DNA from: Octopus bimaculoides
Lineage: Eukaryota
Reading direction: 5' to 3'
Assembly (NCBI RefSeq): GCF_001194135.2
Contig: NC_068985.1
Span: 27,083,783 to 27,147,782 of the forward strand
DNA: 64,000 nucleotides
The translations under genes were made by a program, and so were the position numbers. Every line of letters starts with the position of its first letter. Position 1 is the stretch's first letter. Below, piece by piece: positions 11,071 through 24,872 of this stretch. The notes under the pieces are model-generated. The model saw nothing but the letters and a program-made list of their open reading frames with translations. It did no database searches and had not been told where the DNA came from.

Positions 11071-12149
11071 GAAACAAGACATAATACTCGTTGCTCATAA
11101 TCAAGCTTATCTGGTGTTATGCCTTGCCTAATGATGGATTTGCATAATTACTGAAAGTCTAAGATCCAGTCATATTAATGAAAATTCACACTGTTTTCAC
11201 TTTTTGCCTTTAAAAATACCTACTTCTGACAAGTTAAATACTTTCACTTTGATGGAGTCCTGGAAATGAAAAGGCATCAAATTTTGGTTTAAAAATATTG
11301 TAAGTCATGTGTGTAACACATCAAAGTGTAAATTGTTTAAATGATTTAAAAAAAAATTTTACAGTTTAAGCCTTATCTGTTCATACCATCTCACAAACTT
11401 GCTGGCCATCATTCATTTTTATATTATTTTCTCTTTAAACCTTTGTGTCTGCATGCACATGTGTTTATTATATCTGACAGTCTACTTAGAGTCTCATTTC
11501 AGGGTGAATTGTGCAAGACAGTCATATCTATCTACTCATATAAATAACATCTAAGGTGGACTAGTCCCAATTGCCCATAAAACGTTAAACCACGTGGAAC
11601 TAAGTCAAATTGTTATTAAACATATGTAACTCTCACTAAATGTATTGAGTGTTACTTCGTTTGCTCACACTCTTGGGTGGGTGTGTGTATATATAAGTTC
11701 AAATCATTCAAGCCTCTGTGTGTTTATCTGCATCACCATGTCCATATCAACTCACTTGGATTTCTCTTATAGCCACTCTTGACCCAATGGATCTAGTCTT
11801 CAATAAAGATTTCGGAGTTAAACTTATTTGAGCATTACTACGCATTTTCTATACTGAGCATATCTAGCTTCCAACTCTTACCTTTTGACTGTGTGTGTGT
11901 GTGTATTTACATACACACACACTTCGAGTATCATAAGTACCATAAACCAAAATCAAAACCACCAAACATACATGATTTCTGTATGGATGCTGCTACAAGA
12001 ATATATGTCTACTTTTTTAACTCTTTAAAATTTTGCTTGCATTTAAATAATCCACTATAATATGAAATAACACAAAGCCATTGGAATATGGCTATGCTTG
12101 GATACTTCCTTCAAAGGCTTAGTTGATCAAATTGACCCTAGGATGCCCA

Positions 12150-12840
12150 AATGAAGTGTGAGTAGGCAGTGGAATGTCATCTTGTAGAATATCTGAAAAT
12201 GGAACTGGTAGAGGATCAAGTTCTGGATCCAACCCTTCTAATCTATTTACTTGTGAAAACTCCTGTCTGTTCCCTGTATTCTAAGAGAGGGATCCTCAAA
12301 TACACCCAAAGCAACTGCTCCAAGGCACTAAATGAGGAATGCTATTGTTGAAGACACAACCAGGTCCTCAAGACCATTGTCGAGTCAATCAACAAGAGGA
12401 TGAGTGATAGTGGAAGTGCCAATATTGCAGTCAGAAAGATAACCTTTAAGATGGTAGATCAACAAAAGAAAAGAAGCTCTGGTGGTTTACTTTCACAGCA
12501 CATGAGTGGGTAATGGAAGCATGCATGAAGAAGCACCTAGATCTTGTTCAGACCAGATATAACAATGCAGCTAATCCTATGGAAGTTGATTGTGCCAAGA
12601 AGAGGATGGTAGAAGTGCAAGAGAAGAAGATGGTTAAGTACCAAGAGTTGGTGGAAAATTGTAAGAATGAGTGGAGAACCAACTGTTCAGTAGAGAAGAT
12701 TAACAATTGAAGGTTCACAAGCCATTCTCTAAGGAATCCTGACTATTATAAGAATGACAAGAAGAATCTCAATAACAATGTAGAGATTGTTGAGAAACTA
12801 TGTAGATGGCTCTGGCTGAAAAGAGATGATCAGAGAAGTC
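12150..12840 (+). mobile_element. HERO/NeSL-type (R2 superfamily, RLE) non-LTR relic, 3' part
   Basis: Degraded CCHC knuckle (TPVCSLYSKRGIL..CSKAL...RHNQVLKTI), KYQELVENC and RWLWLKR motifs recognised across frames. Confidence 0.65.
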
Positions 12841-13230
12841 AGTAGAATGTCGCTTGAACACTATCTTAGGTTTGATCAACTGTTGTAAGCCTTGAAACAT
12901 CCAATGACTCTAGGATACATCGTTGACAATGTGCCCAAGTATTGCATCTTACAGATGTATGTAGTACTAAGACTGGTACTCATTCTATCAGTTTCTTTTT
13001 ACCATAAGCTATGCAGACATAAACTAAACAGGGAGAGAGAGAAAGATACAAGATTCACTCGATTAGATTTGGTCAGTCCAGGACAAGCAGTGGGACTGAA
13101 CCCGAAGCCACTACTCAGCTGTATCTCACCAGCCTACAATATATATATATGTGTGTGTGTGTGTGTGACTGGATAGATAAACAACATAGCCGTGCCATCA
13201 TGGACTGCACAAATTAAATACCGTATACAC

Positions 13231-13544
13231 CAGCGGTACTCAACCACTTTTTTTTTTTACCTATGGACCCCTTTAATTACTATTTTATTCTAGTGGAACC
13301 CCCCATAGTCATTCGATGTTTAAAAACTAGTTTTAGAGAAAGTTTTTTCAAAATTCCTACTTTGTTTTTTTACACATTAAGCTGTGTAGGTTGAACTACG
13401 TAAAATGTTAGAGAAAGAAACCAAGTTGTTTCTTGCAATACATACATCTAAAGCAAAAGTTTTTCAGGGGCCCTTAAAATATTATTGTGGATCCCCTTAC
13501 CCAATTTACTATTTCGTTACGTGGACCCCGGTTGAGAACTACTG
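13231..13544. mobile_element. hAT-type MITE
   Basis: TIRs cagcggtactcaacc / ggttgagaactactg; 8-bp TSD gtatacac (13223-13230, 13545-13552). Confidence 0.9.
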
Positions 13545-13905
13545 GTATACACTGTATCTGGAAAGAAAAAAAATCGGTGTTATTTCCTGTTTCAGCGGGT
13601 TATTGATTGAAATGCAAGTAAACTTTTTAAAGTTGTGTTCTCTTACATTTAAGTCTAAATTTAACAATCTCAGACTTTCATTTTACAGTAACACGAAAAA
13701 TCAAAATCGAAACGACGAAATTTACTTGATTTTTGTACATACGCTGTTACAAAATCTATCTACGTATATATGAAAACTGAATTTACTTCGCTGTTTCGGT
13801 TTTTAATTTTATTACTTAAAATTTTCCTTTCATTTCAATTGCACTCTAAAATACGATTTGAGATAAATACACATGGAATTTAGGCGATCGTTCCTTTAAA
13901 TAATA

Positions 13906-14122
13906 CGAGGGGGTATTGAAAAGTTCCTGGCTTTAAAGGTGTCGCGAAAAGCCTGGTTGGAGGTCCAACCGTCTGAATTCTTTTATGGGGATTAGAAAAA
14001 CTGAAGGACCGCTGTAATAAGTGTGTGAATCTGAGAACAGAATATGTTGAATAAAATCATAATTGACTAATTCTCCTGTATTTTCTTCTATTCAAAGCCA
14101 GGAACTTTACAGCACCCCCTCG
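13906..14122 (+). mobile_element. Mariner deletion derivative (MITE)
   Basis: TA|cgaggggg...aaagttcctggcttt / aaagccaggaacttt...ccccctcg|TA; internal NKCVNLR..YVE* transposase end. Confidence 0.9.
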
Positions 14123-14739
14123 TATATCTTGATAATAATTAATTGTTTTATTGGCCACAAGGGCTAATATAAATCAAAAACATGGAAGGACAAAAACAGG
14201 ACGAAAGTTACAAAGGGTTTTGTCCGAAAGGTAGAAAACGTTCGTGTAAACGTAGGAAAAACAGAGAAAGATATAACAAATAAAACTCCCAATAGGGGGA
14301 GGCGCTTCGAAAGGTTACACGTGGAAAAACCCATATGTTGAAGGTTTCCTTTTAATATGTAGTAAGATGGAAGAAGATAATGGTCTAAAGATTGGACAAC
14401 AGATTAACGCAGTATTTCCTATATTACCACATGTATACACGTACACATTTTAAAGTAAAAAATAATCACAAAAATATTCACCGACATAAAACGAAACATC
14501 ACCAACTTTTGTTTCATTTCAATTAATGTTCAATATTGCTTACAGAAGGATTATCTAAGAACGACAGTTAAGCCAGGAGTGGATAATAAAACGAAAATGA
14601 AAGTCTAAATACGATAATCCTAGAGGGAAAACAAAAGTGATTCCACATAGTTTAATATGGAACAAACGAAGATATTTCTATTCAAAGACAATATTAAATA
14701 AAAGGGTAGACTAAGCATAACTTTTACAAATAACCTTAC

Positions 14740-14823
14740 TTGTAAAAATAATTCATAAAGTAATTCTTCGGTAATTTTCTCTGGTAAATTACCAACAAAC
14801 AACGTCCTCTCTTGAGCATCCAT
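14740..14823 (-). CDS. RBM7: RBM7 exon 1 MDAQERTLFVGNLPEKITEELLYELFLQ
   Basis: RNP2 RTLFVGNL and TEELLYELFLQ as in the RBM7/11 family; donor caa|gtaagg. An in-frame upstream ATG at 14847 could add 8 aa. Confidence 0.87.
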
Positions 14824-15269
14824 GTTTGAAATACGATTGAAAAACATTCACCACGTATATTTGAAGAGCGTGCGACAGGGGAGATCACTGTTGTTCTTCA
14901 CCGTCCAGTTTCAAATCTTTACAAGATTAATTTAACTACATTTACGGGGTGTTGTCACTTTAGTTAATAGTATTTTTTTCCAGTACAAAACTGGATTTCT
15001 TCGAAATCAAATATAGAATATTATATTATAAAAGAATATATATTTCATTGTTTTTATGCCTACAACGAATTAAACTCGTTCAAAGGAGATAATTCATAGA
15101 AATTTATATTTTTCCTTTTCATAATTAAAAAAGGTGATCAAAATTTTTCATATTGTTTTAATGAAATAAATAATAATAATTCTTTTAAATAGAATTAGTG
15201 AACGTGATCCTAAGACGGTGCAAATTAAATGATAAAAACCAAAACGAAAATCAGAGACGATCTTTTATC

Positions 15270-15463
15270 TTTTGTTTCAGTCGTTAGTCCGCAGTCATGC
15301 AAGGACATCACTTTGAAGGGTTTTAATCGAACGAATCGACCCCACTACGTTTTTTTCAAGTCTAATAATTATTCTATTGGGTTCCTCTTGCCAAACTGCT
15401 AAGTTATGGGGACGTAAACCACCCAACACTGATTGCCAAGAAGTGGTGAAGAACAACCCACCC

Positions 15464-15532
<69 letters not shown>

Positions 15533-15690
15533 ATGGGCTTTTTTCAGTTTCCATCTCCCAAATACACTCACAAAGCTTTTCTTGGCCTGAAGCTATAGTA
15601 GAAGATACTTGCCAAATTGCTACACAGTGGGATTGAACCCAGATCCATGTGGTTGAGAAGAAAACTTCTTACCACACAGCCACATCTGCA
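15270..15690 (-). mobile_element. Same SINE family with an expanded internal (TA)n of about 60 bp
   Basis: Family body on both sides of (ta)n at ~15467-15528. Confidence 0.85.
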
Positions 15691-17249
15691 CCTATTAGAT
15701 GAATTTTTAAATTACTACAGAAACAGATCTATTCATTCTCAAATCCCAATATATTCTAGTAACAGGGCCAATTCAAGGTACCGATAACTCAGGCAGTTGT
15801 CCAAGACACCATGTACTAGGGACCGCCAAGGAGAGCATGACAAAGACAAGGAAATTTCCTTGGCCGTCAGCTTGCCTGGGGCACCAACAACCCTAGGGCC
15901 AGCTCTGTCTGATAGATTTGAACATGAATATCTGATTACTGTTGATTTTCATCATCAGAAAGCACCTCCTCTTTAAATGATTTTGGTTCATAGTACACAC
16001 ATAATTCACTGTAAGAGTATTTTGAGACAATATAGTGTTTCACCCTTATTGTATGTCTCCTCAGTCAAAGCTATCCTACTAAGCTGATGAATCTAGAAGA
16101 CATTGTCAAAAGGGAGGAGACATTATCTGAAGAAACAAACAAACGAAAACCCCAACGACAATCAAATATTCAGGCTCAAATCTGCCGGAGTATATTAAGA
16201 ATGAACAAATACGTTATTGTTTGGATTTATGCTGTTCTGCAAGCACCTCATGAATTATTATATTTGGCAGACATCAGCAAATAATTTCTTTGCTGATTCT
16301 CATAAACAAAAGCCTATATTCATATTAGATTCCTCAGTCCGGTGGGACAGTTTTGGCTAAGAAGACCGACAATAAAGTTCAAAACATTGCAATATACCTA
16401 AGTCCCTTTACACCGGTGTATTTCATGTTATGAACACACATCATCTCAAGAGGGAAGTTCTATGACGAAAAGCAACAGCAATCAGATGTGTCCTAATAGT
16501 ATTTCAAATGAATAAATATGTTATAGCTTGGATTCTCTATGTTCTTCATGCACAACATAAAATAATAAGTGATTTCTTGGAGGTGCATTTTTATTGATAG
16601 CAAAAAAAATGAAAGGCAAAATTAGCTGACATATTAGAACTCAATACATCACTAATAGTCATAAAACTGCTCTGCAAAATTGAACAGCTCTTACCCAGTT
16701 TATGTCTTAGCTTCTACTGCACCAAACAACTGAACTGTAGTGTAGATAAATCTTACGCTAACATCTTTATATCTCATCGTCTTCCAAGGCGTCATCTCCA
16801 TGGTGTGCAGCACAAAAGAACTGGATATTTAATTCTGCATTGTCTCAGTTCATCTAACTTTGGAAAGTAATAAGTACCTTCTTTTCTAGAAAAACATATC
16901 TGCAAAATACTGCCCCAAGAGAGATTTACCCCAACCGCTTCACATAATGAAAATTAGAGTTGTGCAAGGACATTATCACTCCTAATGATTCATGAAAGAA
17001 TTACATTTTAAATAATAACAATGTTGCTTCACTTTACAGTTTATTAGAATTTCAATGAATGACCAAGCAATCCAGATTTTGAAGTCTTCATTTCATCCAG
17101 CTCTGTCTAACACTGGATGTTTTTACCTGTTTGGGGATCCAGCTCAATAAATACAGAATATTTTAAGTATACTGAAAATAGCTAATACCTAGGGTTATAA
17201 CTGCAACAACTTATAAACAGCTTTTATTACTATATTTCTGGAATAATAT

Positions 17250-17480
17250 TAGTTGACAGGGTGCATAGCTTGGAGATCAGGGAGTCTCTCCCAGTCGAGT
17301 TTCTACATCTCTGCATTGAGAAGTCACAACTCCAGTACTATGAATATAGTAGAATGGATCTTTCAAGCTAGGCCAACTGGCAGATGTATAGGTAGACCAA
17401 GAATAAGATGGCTGGATAACATCCATTGTCTCAGTTGATCACCCTTAGACATCCAGTTGGAAAGCGTAATGATGATTGCA
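17250..17480 (+). mobile_element. RTE-like LINE C-terminal remnant
   Basis: QARPTGRCIGRPRIRWLDNI motif and (tga)-like tail. Confidence 0.55.
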
Positions 17481-18839
17481 TCTGATGTGACCTTATGAGT
17501 GTGCCTGAAGACTCTACCCCCATGACACTCCTGGGAATAGTGGGTGGAGAAGATGGATGCATGATGAATTTAGTAAAATAACTGTCGTTATTAATCTGAT
17601 GTTTGGAAAATTATGAAAGGTTTTAATTTAGATCATTTTAAAACAAAGTTTGTTTCATAAAGAAGGGGAGTCTCAGGCAGGTTTGTATCAAAGGGTTAAA
17701 TATTCCTTCCGTTTTTTTCTAAGTGTTATAACTGCTACAATTTATAAACATGAGTGGACTGTGAATGACTTTCATTAAATATTCCTAACATTTCAAGGCA
17801 TATTATGATCTTTCATTGTTTTTCAGCAATATTAATTTTGCATTTAAGGCAGTGAGCTGGCAGAAACATTAGCATGCCGGGTGAAATGCTTAGCGGTATT
17901 TTGTCTGTCTTTATGTCCTGAGTTCAAATTCCGCCGAGGTCAACTTTGCCTTTCATCCTTTCAGGGTTGATAAGTACCAGTTGCATACTGTGATCAATCT
18001 AATCGACTCCCCCCAAATTTCAGGCCTTGTGCCTAGTGTAGAAAAGAATATTAATTTTGCATTTGATCCTCGTTCTGTCAGTCAACTCAATTTGAAAGAG
18101 AAAGTTAATCAATCCCTTTTATTTCGGTACTTGACTAGTACTTTATTTTATTAGCATCAAAAGGATGAAAGGTAAAGTTGACCTCAGCTGTATTTGAACT
18201 CACAATGTAAAAGAACTGGTGGTAACCTATTAATAATTGTTTCTGCTATAGACACAAGGCTAACAATTTTGATGGAAGAGAAAAGGGTTGGTCTCAATAC
18301 CATCAACCTCAGTATGAAATTGATACTTTATTTTATCAACCTCAGAGGGATGAAAGGTGAAGTTGACCATGACAGGATTTGAACTCAGAATGTAAAGGGC
18401 TGGAAGATTCAAGAGGGACAGAAATGGCATTGACTTTACCAACCTAAGAGGGTTTATGAAGCTATAATTACTTGTCATACTATCCATTCTATCCCAACCT
18501 GGCAAAGAAGAGAGAGAGAGAGAGAGAGCATGTCAATGATACTTGTTGATGAGTGTATTTTTGCTAATCAGTTGAATGGCCTTGTTTTAGTTGCATCCTC
18601 ATATACTTGTGCATTACCAGTAGTACAGTCTGATGAATGTGAACAGAATTCTTCCATTGTAGAAAGAGAAATATTGATTAAGGCTGAAGCATTTAACTCC
18701 CACTGTTAGTTTTGCAATGTTATTATATCAGAGATTGTGAAGAATATAATTTGTAACTAGCTGGCCCTGTGTCATCAAAGATGACAGCTAATTGTAGTAT
18801 TTTATATATAAATAAGGTACATAATAATCACAGATGCAA

Positions 18840-19050
18840 ACATTCACATGACTTCCTTTTACATACACACACATATACTCACGCAGAGTTGAAACGCTGT
18901 TTGATTTTTCTTTTCAGCACTGAATGTTCACCATCCCACTTCCATTGCACACACACACACACTAACATTCACATGACTTCCTTTTACATACACACACATA
19001 TACTCACGCAGAGTTGAAACGCTGTTTGAATTTTTTTTTTTTTTTTTCAC
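18840..19050. repeat. Local tandem duplication, period 125 bp
   Basis: About 64 identical bases starting at 18840 and at 18965. Confidence 0.85.
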
Positions 19051-20534
19051 AGTAGAACTTCCACCATCTCACTACCAGGTTTGCCATCATTCATATGTTG
19101 TGGCAGAGAAAACACAAGAATATTATTAACGTAGATGACTGAGTGTTTTAATTGTGTTATTTTAAAAGGTGAGGTACAAGGCAATCTTTGAGTATATGTG
19201 TTTGTTGAAAGAGACTAGACCATTATATTCACATTGAAGCGTACTTGCAAGGTTTCCATCCATAGGTGGGTATGTACATGGCAAGTTGTGTTATAGGTTT
19301 TGTGTAGATGACATGTGCAAAAGGTTAAGACATGTTTCAAATAACAATAATTAAGTTGTTAAAACACACAATAAAGAGTGTAGAAGATATTACTGAACCT
19401 GCAGGTACACAACAACAATAAAGAGCTCTGTCAGCATGTTACAAAGGTGCAACCTCACCCGAGTAGTGGAAGACATGTAGACCCAAGGCAAACAGTCCTC
19501 AATAGTGAGTTACCACTGATAGGTGACAAAGAGGTGGTCACTGAGAGAGAGAGAGAGAAAGAGAAAGAGATTAAGGTTATGATGTAATTGCTAAATGATC
19601 CCATCTCCTTTGAGATGCTAAAATTGAGGGAGTTAGATTGGTAGGTGGGTAGAGCAGAGACTGATGTTTAAGGAATGGGATACAACTTCTGCACGTTTCA
19701 AAAGATTGGAGGTAGATTCCTTAAAAAAAAAGAGAGAAATCCACAAATTTGATGCTGGAGTGCATTTTGAGAGTGGAAAGAAAACAATTGGCATCATTGG
19801 CCATACGGCTGTAAAATGGTGGAGAGACAAAGAACATGAAGGAAATTTGAGAGATTTGTTATTGTGAGGCTAGCAATGAAGCAAGCAACAAATGTGAAAC
19901 CTTGAGATCTGAAAAAAGAAAATGCATGTAACTACCAGCTAACAACATAAATGTCATTTTAAAGCAATTAATAGCTGCACTCGTTTATTTGTTTCAGTCA
20001 TTTGACTGTGGCTATGCTGGAGCACCACCTTTAGTTGAACAAATCGACCCTAGGACTTACTCTTTGTAAACCTAGTACTTATTCTATTTTGCCAAACTGC
20101 TAGGTTACAGCGACGTAAACACACCAAAATCGGTTGTCAAGCAATGGTGGAGGGACACACACACAAATATTATATATATCACAGGCTTCTTTCAGTTTCC
20201 ATCTACCAAACTCACTCACAGGGCATTGACTGGACTGACGGTATAGTAGAAGACTCTCGCCCAAGGTGCCACTGAACCTAGAACCATGTGGTTGGTAAGC
20301 AAGCTACTTACCACACAACCACTTCTGTGTACATTAAATCATTTTTGATTTTTAACATGACTAAATTACCAGCTAAATAGCCAAGCAGATAATGCATTTT
20401 GATTCAAGTTCTTTAAACCCATTTTTCATCCTACCATATGGGATGTTGTCATCTATATCCAGCAAGGTATAAAAAGGTTATACTGCATATTAATGCAACG
20501 TGTCCAGGGGATTAATACAATACACTTTAATGTT

Positions 20535-22385
20535 GTCAAAGACTATAATTGCAGTTATGCAGTTTGGTTTTGTGCCAGGGAGAAGCACCACTGATACTAT
20601 GTTTCTGGCAAGGAAGCTGCAGGAGAAATACCTAGCCAAAGATAAACCTTTGTACTTGGCTTTTGTTGACATGGAAAGCCTTTAACAGGGTTCACTGATC
20701 CCTTATCAGGTGGTCAATGCAGAAACTAAGGCTAGATGTGTGGTTGGTGAGAGCTGTACAAACCATGTACAAGGATGCTGTTAGTAAAGTGAAGGTTGGC
20801 AATGAGCATAGTGGTGAATGCAGGATACAAGTAAGGGTTCACCAAAGATCAGTCTTCAGACCCTTCCTGTTCCTCATAGCCCTCCAGGCAATAACAGTCA
20901 AATTTAAGATGGGCTGCCCCTGGGAGCTCCTCTATGTTGATGACCTTGTTCTCAAAGCTGAATCACTTCCAGTACTAGAAAAGAAATTTCAGATATGGAA
21001 GCAAGGTCTATAATCAAAGGGCCTTAGAATTAATCTAGCATGATCTTTGAATGTTGGGCCTCAAGGAGGTGATGACAAGTGACCGAGAGCTCTGGTGATA
21101 TGCTGTGTGAGAAGACTCATCAGTCTTAGTAAGTAGGAAAGCGAATAAATCACAAATTCCCTCAGGTAGATGGCCCTGCTTGATCTGTAGAAAAGACGTA
21201 GGTAGAAACTTCCTTAGATGTACCCAGTGTAAGCTATGGACACATAAAAGGTGTAGCAATATCAGAGGAAGGTTAACAAGGAAAATAGCTTTGTGCATGG
21301 AAGATGCACAGGTACAATGAACACTACAAATGTACAGAAAGTAGACTCCATCACATGCCAGCAGGGTAAGCTAGAGGTAGTTGATAGCTTCTATTATCTA
21401 TGTGACCAAGTCAGTAGTGGAGGTGGATGCTCTGAGAGTGTAGCTGCAAGACTAAGAATAGGCAAAGTTCAGAGAGCTCTTACCTCTGTTGGTAACAAAG
21501 GGCCTCTCCCTCAGAATGAAAGGCAGACTGTATGATACCTGTGTGAACAGCTATGCAACACAGCAGTGAAACATGGCCTGTGACTGCTGAGGACATGCAT
21601 AGGCTTGAAAGAAATGAAACTAGTATGCTTTGCTGGATGTGCAATGTCAGTATGCATGTATAACAGAGTGTTAGTGTCTTGAGAGAAAAGTTGAGCCTAA
21701 GAGGCTTCAGATGAGGTGTGCAAGAGAGACAACCACGCTGGTAAGGTTGTGTGATAGGTATGGACGAAGATAGCTGTGTAAAGAAGTGCCAATCTCAAAC
21801 TGTGGAGGGAACCTGTGGAAGAGGTAGACCCAGGAAGTCATGGGATGAAGTGGTGAGGCATGATCTTTGAATGTTAGGCCTCAAGGAGGTGATGACAAGT
21901 GACCGAGAGCTCTGGTGATATGCTGTGTGAGAAGACTCATCAGGCCAAGTGAAATTGTAGTTGTGGCCATGCTGGTGTCTTGTAAATGACACCCATGAAA
22001 ATTGGAGCCAAGCTGTTGCTGGTGTCTTTTAAATGGCACCTGTGAATTGTAGTTGTAGTTGTTGTTGCTGACAGTCCCATGTACATGGAACCTGTGAATT
22101 GTGGTTGTTGCTGGTGCCATGTAAATGGCACCCATGAATTGTAGTAGTTGTTGATGGTACCATATAAATGGAACCTATAAATCATAGTCATAGTTGTTGC
22201 CAGTGTCATGTAAAAGCACTCCATTCTGGAGTGGTTGGCATTAGGAAGGACATCCAGCTGTAGAAACCAGGTCAAATCAGACTGGAACCTGGTGCAGCTC
22301 TCTCGCTCATCAGCTCCAGTCAAACCGTCTAACCCATGCCACCATGGAGAGCAGACATTAAATGATGATGATGATGATGATGTCA
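20535..22385 (+). mobile_element. RTE-clade LINE, 5'-truncated and degraded (RT domain to 3' UTR with (gat)n tail)
   Basis: QFGFVPGRSTTDTMFLARKLQEKY..LYLAFVD, ELLYVDDLVL and HxSETW motifs with frameshifts; tandem 3' UTR modules; (gat)n tail. Confidence 0.9.
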
Positions 22386-22894
22386 GATACAACATTTTCT
22401 GAGACCAGCCATGTATTTATTATCAAATGTTTTTGAGGAGCTTTAAACTCTAGCATTCAGATTTCTTTGTTAAACGTATCGCTTATTTATTCACATTGCT
22501 TAAATTTATCACATTATTTTGTAGTTTCAAGATTTCAATGGCGTGTTAGTATATTTTTAGAATGACATTGTAGGATAGGTACACGGGGCTGGATCAGGTC
22601 AGTTTTAACATAAAACAGCATATTTTGACTGGATATGGCCGAATTAAATGCTAAGGGGTTAAAACAGAAAAGTTTAACTAAACAGACATTGTTTTATCTC
22701 ACAATATGTACCATATCCTAACAAATAAGGAACAAAGCTAAAGTGAACCATCAAAACAATTCTATGAATTTGAGCAGAGGAGGACAACTGTTTCCATTCT
22801 GAAGTTGCGTGTTTCAAGTATGTCAACCTATGCAGTTGTGAATGGCTGTCAGCATTCCTAAGAAAACTTTATCAGAAATTACAACTGATTTTTT

Positions 22895-23250
22895 CATCAT
22901 CATCGTCGTTAACGTCTGCTTTCCATGCTAGCATGGGTTGGACGATTTGACCGAGGACTGGTGAAACCAGATGGCTACACCAGGCTCCAATCTGATTTGG
23001 CAGAGTTTCTACAGCTGGATGCCCTTCCTAACGCCAACCACCCTGAGAGTGTAGTGGGTGTTTTACATGCCACCGGCACGAGGGCCAGTCAGGCGGAACT
23101 GGCGATGGCCACGCTCGAAATGGTGTGTTTTACGTGCCACCTGCACAGGAGCCAGCCCATCGGCACTGGCAACGATCTTGCTTGAATGTCTTTTCACATG
23201 CCACTGGCACAAGTCCCAGGGAGGCGACGTTGGTAATGTTAGACAGTCGA
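22895..23250 (-). mobile_element. RTE 3' tail copy downstream of the HINFP stop (possibly in its 3' UTR)
   Basis: Reverse complement of the diagnostic tail. Confidence 0.85.
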
Positions 23251-23526
23251 TATGAAGTTGTTTTCATGAATTGATATATCAAACACATTACAGCTGACTG
23301 AACATTTGTATACATAAAATAAAAATCACAACAGCCACATGAACTTTTTTTTTTTTATACATAAGATTATTAACAGATGAGAAATATATACATTTTAGAT
23401 AAGGCAGAAGGTAATGTTCAAATTAGAAGCAGTGATATTTAAAGAATGCTAAAACATAAAACATCAGCATTCACAAAGTTACATACTGCGATTTGAATAA
23501 AAGCGATATGAAAGTGGAAAAAGGTT

Positions 23527-23851
23527 TCACTGAGTGACTTTCTCCATTTCAATGTCGTTGTCAGTGTTAATAAAACTATCTTTAGTCTTTACTGCATCCT
23601 CTTCAGCTACTTTGTCAGTGACAATATCCAGTTTATTAGGCGTATGAAGGGCTACGTCTCCTAACATCTCTAGATTGTATGTTGTACTGACTAATTCTGT
23701 GGTAGGTGCTGGATCACAGCTTTCTGATGATGCCATCTCTTCAGAATTAGCGGTGGCATCAGCAACATTGACAATGACTTGTTCTATTAAGTTGACACTT
23801 TCGTAGCGTACAGTTTGCAGGCGCCAAAAACCGTCTTGGCTCATAGTGTAA
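23527..23851 (-). CDS. HINFP: HINFP last exon YTMSQDGFWRLQTVRYES...EMEKVTQ*
   Basis: Poly-T acceptor ttttcag|. DG..RLQ.VRYES is the HINFP-specific conserved region. The nine exons sum to 1437 nt, giving 478 aa plus stop. Confidence 0.93.
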
Positions 23852-23984
23852 CTGAAAAAAAAAAAAAATGTCATATTAAAAATACTTAATTATTATAACA
23901 GTGATAAAACAGTGATAGTTTCTTTTATTATCATCAATAATAACACAAGTTTGAATTAAAAATCAAGAAAGGTGGGTGTATTCA

Positions 23985-24872
23985 TCATCATCGTTTAACG
24001 TCCGCTTTCCATGCTAGCATGGGTTGGACGATTTGACTGAGGACTGGTGAAACCGGATGGCAACACCAGGCTCCAGTCTGATTTGGCAGAGTTTCTACAG
24101 CTGGATGCCCTTCCTAACGCCAACCACTCAGAGAGTGTAGTGGGTGCTTTTACGTGTCACCCGCACGAAAACGGCCACGCTCGAAATGGTGTCTTTTATG
24201 TGCCNNNNNNNNNNNNNNNNNNNNNNNNNNNNNNNNNNNNNNNNNNNNNNNNNNNNNNNNNNNNNNNNNNNNNNNNNNNNNNNNNNNNNNNNNNNNNNNN
24301 NNNNNNNNNNNNNNNNNNNNNNNNNNNNNNNNNNNNNNNNNNNNNNNNNNNNNNNNNNNNNNNNNNNNNNNNNNNNNNNNNNNNNNNNNNNNNNNNNNNN
24401 NNNNNNNNNNNNNNNNNNNNNNNNNNNNNNNNNNNNNNNNNNNNNNNNNNNNNNNNNNNNNNNNNNNNNNNNNNNNNNNNNNNNNNNNNNNNNNNNNNNN
24501 NNNNNNNNNNNNNNNNNNNNNNNNNNNNNNNNNNNNNNNNNNNNNNNNNNNCACGCAGCTATCCTCCTCCATTCTCACCACATGTCCATACCAGCGCAAT
24601 CGTCTCTCTTGCACGCCACAACTGATGCTTCTAATGTTCAGCTTTTCTCTCAAGATACTTACACTCTGACGGGTATTCACATTGACATTACACATCCAAC
24701 GGAGCATACTGGCTTCATTCCTTGCGAGCTTACGTATGTCCTCAGCAGTTACAGCCCATGTTTCACTGCCATGTAGCATGGTTGTTCGTACGCATGCGTC
24801 ATACAGTCTGCCTTTTACTCTGAGTGAGAGTCCCTTTGTCGCCAGCAGGGGTAAGAGCTCTCTAAACTTTGC
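23985..24872 (-). mobile_element. RTE LINE 3' fragment spanning a gap
   Basis: MLHGSETWAVTAEDIRKLARNEASMLRWMC...RLRWYGHVVRM, plus the same 3' tail. Confidence 0.9.

Noticed and set aside
15295-15636. YIYIYI/CVCV-type ORFs (also at 50 kb and 63.5-64 kb)
   Set aside because: Translations of (TA)n, (CA)n and (GA)n microsatellites.
15763-15907. Possible hAT MITE (cagggcc...ggccagctctg)
   Set aside because: TIRs are degenerate and there is no matching 8-bp TSD, so it is not listed as a supported feature.
21945-22215. Repeat-spacer-like array resembling a CRISPR
   Set aside because: Eukaryotic DNA with no cas genes; the units are degenerate tandem modules of the RTE 3' UTR without unique spacers.
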